Source: Hormoscilla sp. (lineage in GTDB: Bacteria > Cyanobacteriota > Cyanobacteriia > Cyanobacteriales > Desertifilaceae). From it: 64,000 bases of DNA. A model generated the notes under the pieces. That model saw only the letters and a list, made by a program, of their open reading frames with translations, searched no databases and was not told the DNA's origin. Location: positions 27,865 through 91,864 of the forward strand of contig JBFRWI010000053.1 in assembly GCA_051439505.1 (NCBI GenBank), written 5' to 3'. This document shows positions 58,904-64,000 of this stretch, in pieces. The position numbers were made by a program, and so were the translations under genes. Positions within the stretch are counted from its first letter, which is position 1; each line of letters opens with the position of its first letter.

Positions 58904-60694
58904 ATGGCAATAATAGTCCAAAAATACGGTGGCACTTCCGTTGGTACGGTAGAACGGATCCAAGCAGTGGCCCAGCGGGTACAGAAAACGGCCCAAGCTG
59001 GCAACTCGCTAGTGGTGGTGGTTTCGGCAATGGGCAAAACCACTGATGGTTTGGTCAAATTGGCTAACCAAATATCGACTAATCCCTGCCGCCGGGAAAT
59101 GGATATGCTGCTGTCTACGGGAGAACAAGTCTCGATCGCCCTGTTAAGTATGGCATTGCAGGAATTGGGACAACCGGCGATTTCCCTGACGGGGGCACAG
59201 GTGGGTATAGTTACGGAAGCGGCACATTCTCGGGCCCGGATTTTGGAAATATCGATCGCTAGGATCGCCAGTCACCTGGATGAGGGTAAGGTGGTGGTGG
59301 TTGCTGGTTTCCAAGGCGTTACTGACGGTGATGAACTGGAAATTACTACCCTGGGACGGGGGGGTTCCGATACTTCTGCTGTGGCCCTGGCATCTGCCCT
59401 ACAAGCTAGTTGCTGTGAAATTTATACTGATGTGCCGGGTATTTTAACTGCCGACCCGAGGTTGGTACCGGATGCCCAGTTGATGGATGAAGTTACCTGC
59501 GATGAAATGCTGGAACTTGCTAGCTTGGGTGCGAAGGTTCTGCATCCTCGGGCTGTGGAGATTGCTCGCAATTATGGCATTACTTTGGTGGTAAAATCCA
59601 GTTGGACGGATGACCCGGGTACGAGGGTAATCTCTCCAACTGCTTCGGCCCGTCCTCTAGAAGGTTTGGAATTGGTCCACCCTGTAGATGCGGTGGAATT
59701 TGATGCGGATCAAGCAAAGGTGTCTATGCTGCGAGTGCCCGATCGCCCGGGGGTAGCAGCAGATTTGTTTGGGGAGATCGGACGTCAGAATATAGATGTG
59801 GATCTGATTATTCAATCCATCCACGAAGGCAATAGCAATGACATTGCCTTTACCGTTACTACCAATACTGCCAGTCGCGCGGAAGCTGTGACAACTGCTA
59901 TCCTACCAGCTTTGGGGTGCAGTCCGGGGGATTCGGATGTGATGACAGACACCAATATTGCCAAGGTCAGCATTGTCGGTGCGGGGATGATCGGACGTCC
60001 CGGGGTGGCGGCCCAGATGTTTGCAACTTTAGCAGATGCCGGGATTAATATCCAGATGATTTCGGCATCGGAGATCAAAATTAGCTGCGCGATCGCTGCG
60101 GGAGATGGCGATCGGGCGGTCGATCTTCTCTGCCAAGCGTTCGATGTCAGCAGTCATCAACCAACCAAAAGCAGTCAATATCCAGAAACTCCCGTCCGAG
60201 GTATTGCTTTGGACCGAAATGAAGCGCGTTTGGCAATCCTACATGTGCCCGATCGCCCGGGAATTGCTGCTCAAATTTTCGGTCTGCTAGCCCAACATAA
60301 TATTAGCGTTGATATTATTATCCAGTCCCAGCGCTGTCGGATAATTAATGGCGTCCCGACTCGGGATATTGCCTTTACTTTAGCACAAAGCTATGTGGAA
60401 GTTGCCTGTCAAGCTTTAGCACAACTGCTATCGGAATGGGGCGATGCTGAAATTGTTGTCGATCGGGCGATCGCGAAAGTCAGTGCTGTTGGTATCGGCA
60501 TGGTAGAACATCCCGGCGTAGCGGCGCAGATGTTTGCTGCTTTAGCCCAACAGCAGATTAACATTCAAATGATTGCTACTTCAGAAATTAAAATTAGTTG
60601 CGTGGTAGCGGAAGCGGAAGGAGTGCCAGCTTTACAAGCTATTCATGCTGCTTTTGGTCTTGCTGGCAGCGGGAAAATTATGGTTCCTGCTTAG
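58904..60694 (+). CDS. lysC: Aspartate kinase (four-ACT cyanobacterial type)
   Basis: Motifs MAIIVQKYGGTSV and TLGRGGSDTSA, with repeated ACT domains. Confidence 0.96.
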   Translation: MAIIVQKYGGTSVGTVERIQAVAQRVQKTAQAGNSLVVVVSAMGKTTDGLVKLANQISTNPCRREMDMLLSTGEQVSIALLSMALQELGQPAISLTGAQVGIVTEAAHSRARILEISIARIASHLDEGKVVVVAGFQGVTDGDELEITTLGRGGSDTSAVALASALQASCCEIYTDVPGILTADPRLVPDAQLMDEVTCDEMLELASLGAKVLHPRAVEIARNYGITLVVKSSWTDDPGTRVISPTASARPLEGLELVHPVDAVEFDADQAKVSMLRVPDRPGVAADLFGEIGRQNIDVDLIIQSIHEGNSNDIAFTVTTNTASRAEAVTTAILPALGCSPGDSDVMTDTNIAKVSIVGAGMIGRPGVAAQMFATLADAGINIQMISASEIKISCAIAAGDGDRAVDLLCQAFDVSSHQPTKSSQYPETPVRGIALDRNEARLAILHVPDRPGIAAQIFGLLAQHNISVDIIIQSQRCRIINGVPTRDIAFTLAQSYVEVACQALAQLLSEWGDAEIVVDRAIAKVSAVGIGMVEHPGVAAQMFAALAQQQINIQMIATSEIKISCVVAEAEGVPALQAIHAAFGLAGSGKIMVPA

Positions 60695-60846
60695 GGCGAT
60701 CGGGTACACTGCACATTTCCTTAGACAAAGCCCGAACCCTAAAGGGCCCGGCCCCCGACCCTGCCCAGGGGCTAGATTACATTTATTATCAATGTACATT
60801 TGCGAAAGTGAGATGCACCCGATCGGAGATCTGCTTATTCCACGAC

Positions 60847-61233
60847 TCATTGAGACTGACTATAATATTGGAGGGCGTAGAAGAGGAAGGAATTAATAAA
60901 TGCGAGGGCGAGAGAACCCAGCAAGGCACTAAATATACCTTTGCGCAAGCGAAATCCCGTAATCAACCAAGCTGCCAAGCCAAAGATGCCAGCATTAACT
61001 AAGATCGCGACCACAGTAATATTCAGCATGTTCAGAGGCAAACCCAAATAATTAAAAGCGGGAACCTGTAGGGCATTCATGATTCCGAAAGCTGCCGCTG
61101 ATGCCATGGCTTTCTCGAAACTGTCAATTTCTACTCCCAAGAATGGCAGTTTTGAGATGATAAACAAGCTGACTGATGTCACTAACCAGTAAACGACTAT
61201 TTGGACAAGTGGTGCAAGATCCATTGGTGGCAT
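60847..61233 (-). CDS. 4-TM phage-holin-family (YvlD-like) membrane protein, paralog
   Basis: Motifs SLFIISKLP..GVEIDSFEKA and GFRL. Confidence 0.8.
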   Translation of the reverse strand: MPPMDLAPLVQIVVYWLVTSVSLFIISKLPFLGVEIDSFEKAMASAAAFGIMNALQVPAFNYLGLPLNMLNITVVAILVNAGIFGLAAWLITGFRLRKGIFSALLGSLALAFINSFLFYALQYYSQSQ

Positions 61234-61308
61234 TGATATACTCCCTTATGATAGGTTGGGTTTCATACCTTAACCCAACTTCTGAAATACTGTTCGATAA
61301 TTTTACTG

Positions 61309-61665
61309 CTAAAGGATTTGATCGAGAAGATGGTAGAGGACAGAATTGACAAATCCGAGGGCGATCGCACCCAGGAGGGCACTCCAGAAACCCCAAGCCA
61401 AGCGAAACCCCGAGACTAACCAAGCTGCTAACCCAAATAGGATCGCATTAACTACGATCGCGAACAAACCAAAGGTCAGAATGGTAATTGGCAAGGCTAA
61501 TATCTGAAAGATTGGACCTAGCAGCGCATTTAAAACTCCGAAAACTGCTGCGGAGATCATTGCTTTCTCGAAACTGTCAATTTCTACCCCTATGGGAAGT
61601 TTTGAGATGATGAACAAACTGACAGCCGTCACTAACCAGGCAATGATAATTCCGACAATATCCAT
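61309..61665 (-). CDS. 4-TM phage-holin-family (YvlD-like) membrane protein
   Basis: Motif GVLNALLGP..LALPITILTFGLF..VVNA. Confidence 0.88.
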   Translation of the reverse strand: MDIVGIIIAWLVTAVSLFIISKLPIGVEIDSFEKAMISAAVFGVLNALLGPIFQILALPITILTFGLFAIVVNAILFGLAAWLVSGFRLAWGFWSALLGAIALGFVNSVLYHLLDQIL

Positions 61666-61815
61666 TTTTATGCTCCCTGTGTCATCTTTGGTTATTATCT
61701 ACTCTAACTCTTCTGAGGGCGAATCGATCGTCTCCTTTACAAAATTTAACTTACTCGATAATTGGTTCGTGGTTCATAACCAAAATTTAACCACGAACCA
61801 TGACCGCCGAATAGC

Positions 61816-62265
61816 TTACGGCGAAACTGGAGGTACCTCTGATGAGGGCCGATCGCCCGTACTGGGGAGAGTGGCCAAGGCGACGCGGGAACCGCCCTCT
61901 TGCCGCAGGATATCCAACACCTCGACTACATCAGAGTAAATCGCCGTTTTCGACGCATACAAGACAATTAATCCCCGAGAATATTGGGCCCGATAGCGAC
62001 GCAATTTCTGGCGCAATGCATCCCTTGTCAACACCAGGTCTCGTTCCACATAGGTTTGACCCGCCGCATCAATAGTGACAATCAACATCTCTTGCATCTG
62101 AGAAGTGCCCGTGCTAGCCTTGGGAATATCCACAGTAATTGCCTGTTGACGAGTCAAGCCCACGGCTGCTAAGATGAAAAATGTTAAAATGCAAAAGATG
62201 ACATCAATTAGGGGAATAATCTCAATCCGGACATCTTCACCTGGTAAATCTTGATTAATCTTCAT
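61816..62265 (-). CDS. exbD: ExbD/TolR biopolymer transport protein
   Basis: Motif [15 protein letters not shown]. Confidence 0.92.
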   Translation of the reverse strand: MKINQDLPGEDVRIEIIPLIDVIFCILTFFILAAVGLTRQQAITVDIPKASTGTSQMQEMLIVTIDAAGQTYVERDLVLTRDALRQKLRRYRAQYSRGLIVLYASKTAIYSDVVEVLDILRQEGGSRVALATLPSTGDRPSSEVPPVSP

Positions 62266-62917
62266 TAGTTTCCCTCTCCATTGCAGACCAATGCTGGCGG
62301 TAAATTAATTCTAATTCGCTTCCGGCCCGGCGAAATAGCTTGATCTGAGTAAACAATAAGCCCCCAAACAGCCGATAGAACGCTAGGGCGACGATCGCGA
62401 CTACGAGGCCAGCAGCAGTGCTAATTAATGCTTCGCCAATACCCAGGGTAACGCCAGCAGTCGAAGCAGTGCCCAAGTCACCAATTCTAATCTCTCCCAA
62501 GGAGTTAATTAAGCCTAAGACTGTACCCAATAATCCTAACAGGGGAGATAGGGCAATGACTGCTTCTAAGGCTTTTTCGCCCCGCCGCATGGATGCTAAT
62601 TCATCATCTGCTGCTGCTTCCAATGCGAGTTTGAATACTTCTGGTTCGGGATTTTCTAACCGCAAGGGGGTATAGAGAAATCGCCCGATCGGCTGGTTGC
62701 TGGCCTGTCTGGCAATTTCCGGGGCAAAGTCCCATTGTTCGCGGGCCGCCCGCAAAATTTGTTCGATAATCAGTTTTTCCTTGGTTAAGACAGTCGCCCA
62801 GAACCACAACCGTTCAATAATTGTACTCAGGGCCAGGATCGATAGGAACAGCAATGGTCCCATGGTCAACCCGCCCTTTTCAAACAGTTCTGTAATTATG
62901 ATGATTTGTTGTTCCAT
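62255..62917 (-). CDS. exbB: ExbB/TolQ/MotA proton channel
   Basis: Motifs [10 protein letters not shown] and [13 protein letters not shown]. Confidence 0.92.
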   Translation of the reverse strand: MEQQIIIITELFEKGGLTMGPLLFLSILALSTIIERLWFWATVLTKEKLIIEQILRAAREQWDFAPEIARQASNQPIGRFLYTPLRLENPEPEVFKLALEAAADDELASMRRGEKALEAVIALSPLLGLLGTVLGLINSLGEIRIGDLGTASTAGVTLGIGEALISTAAGLVVAIVALAFYRLFGGLLFTQIKLFRRAGSELELIYRQHWSAMERETNED

Positions 62918-63184
62918 CTAGATTCCTCTGGTCACCCTGCTGGGTTGCTTCTCTATTCTATAATTGTCTTATAGCATTTTCTCAACTTCGTACTTCACCC
63001 GCCGGGGGTTCAAACCCCCGGCTAATAGCTAAAGTCGGTTAAAACCGACTAATACCATAATATTTTAACTAATTATAGCATTTTGTCGATCGCATAGAGT
63101 CTGGTTTCCGTAAATCTGGTAGGATATCCGCACTGGCCGATATTCCTTGAGTTGGTCATAATTAAGATAAATGGAGGACTAACC

Positions 63185-63490
63185 ATGAAAAACTCAATCG
63201 AATCAATATACAACTGGTACCGTAACACCCTGCGCCATCCTAAGTACCGCTGGTGGCTGATCCTGGGCACCCTCGCTTATATCTTCTCTCCCTTTGATAT
63301 TTCCCCGGATTTGTTCCCTATTTTTGGTCAAATTGACGATGTCGCGATCGCAGTGTTGCTGGTCTCGGAAGTTTCTCAGATGCTGGTAGATTACATTCAA
63401 TCTCGTCAGGCGAACCAGAACGGTCCCGCTGCTGAAGAACCCAAGACTGCTGGCCCGACGGTAGATGTGGATGCAGTGTCTGTAGATTAG
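63185..63490 (+). CDS. YkvA/DUF1232-family protein
   Basis: Motif YIFSPFDISPD.FP..GQIDD; GGAGG precedes ATG 63185. Confidence 0.9.
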   Translation: MKNSIESIYNWYRNTLRHPKYRWWLILGTLAYIFSPFDISPDLFPIFGQIDDVAIAVLLVSEVSQMLVDYIQSRQANQNGPAAEEPKTAGPTVDVDAVSVD

Positions 63491-63522
63491 CTGCGATCTG
63501 AATCTGCTAATCGGATCCTACT

Positions 63523-63808
63523 CAATACTTCGTAGGTTTTGCATATAGGTTGTCATTGCGAGGGGGGGGGACTCCGCGATTAACTTATGCTTTATGTAAC
63601 CCCTCCCCCGAAGCAATCTCACCGCGCTGTATCGGAGGTAGTGCTCAACCGCGCTGCCTCCGATACAGCGAACGACGCACCCAACGCTCTTCATATCATA
63701 CGGGACGGGGGGATTGCTTCGGGGGGGATTGCTTAGGGGCTCAACCTGCCGTTGGTTTGGAAGCCCCCCCTCGCAATGACAAGTTATTAACCGAGAAGTG
63801 AAGTATTG
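63523..63808. mobile_element. MITE family A (longest copy)
   Basis: Ends CAATACTTC...GAAGTATTG; inverted GTCATTGCGAG/CTCGCAATGAC pair; flanks GGATCCTACT and AGATCATACT. Confidence 0.8.
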
Positions 63809-63944
63809 AGATCATACTCCTCTCTAGATGGGATAACATCGAGAGAGGATATTTTTTGCCGGGCGATCGGGCAAAGAATATCTCGACCCCAGGGACTTGT
63901 AGTAGAATGAAGGTGGATTTTCAGCAAGAGAAGGGAAGGTAATT

Positions 63945-64000
63945 ATGAAAATTAAGTATAAATCATTGATGGCGGTGCTGGCAGCAGGACTGCTGGCAGT
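63945..64000 (+). CDS. Start of a probable exported protein (runs off the right edge)
   Basis: MKIKYKSLMAVLAAGLLA resembles a signal peptide and follows a purine-rich RBS. Confidence 0.5.
   Translation, partial: MKIKYKSLMAVLAAGLLA

Larger units (their letters stand above)
1..64000. repeat. HIP1 octamer GCGATCGC dispersed throughout
   Basis: Very frequent exact and one-mismatch copies; a cyanobacterial signature. Confidence 0.95.

Noticed and set aside
60847..61665. Prophage lysis cassette
   Set aside because: This holin-named family is a common chromosomal membrane protein, and there are no endolysin or structural genes nearby.

Overview
This window is 64 kb of chromosome from a filamentous cyanobacterium (Oscillatoriales-like). 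The HIP1 octamer GCGATCGC is dense throughout, 7-bp STRR repeats are present, and it carries psbU, btpA and ycf4. Core genes (wzm/wzt, DevH-like Crp regulator, uppP, FHA-adenylate cyclase, psbU, VKOR-Trx, btpA, pyk, FabF-like KAS, cyclophilin, ycf4, tRNA-His, lysC, exbBD) alternate with local gene-family expansions: three tandem PAS histidine kinases, four tandem AGCS amino-acid symporters with diverged binding motifs, two XylF-like binding proteins and two holin-family proteins. There are many pseudogene remnants and at least three MITE families with 8-, 9- and 10-bp target duplications. Two features stand out. First, two related ~0.7-kb non-coding arrays of 21-bp units phased on AACGTT (3238-3934, 18107-18765) show higher-order structure. 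Second, a minus-strand accessory gene run (52781 to 39059) begins with an uncharacterised helical protein, a CHAT protease-NTPase fusion and a membrane-anchored NTPase; orphan binding proteins and a degenerate ABC ATPase follow. All family calls come from motif recognition, not from database searches.
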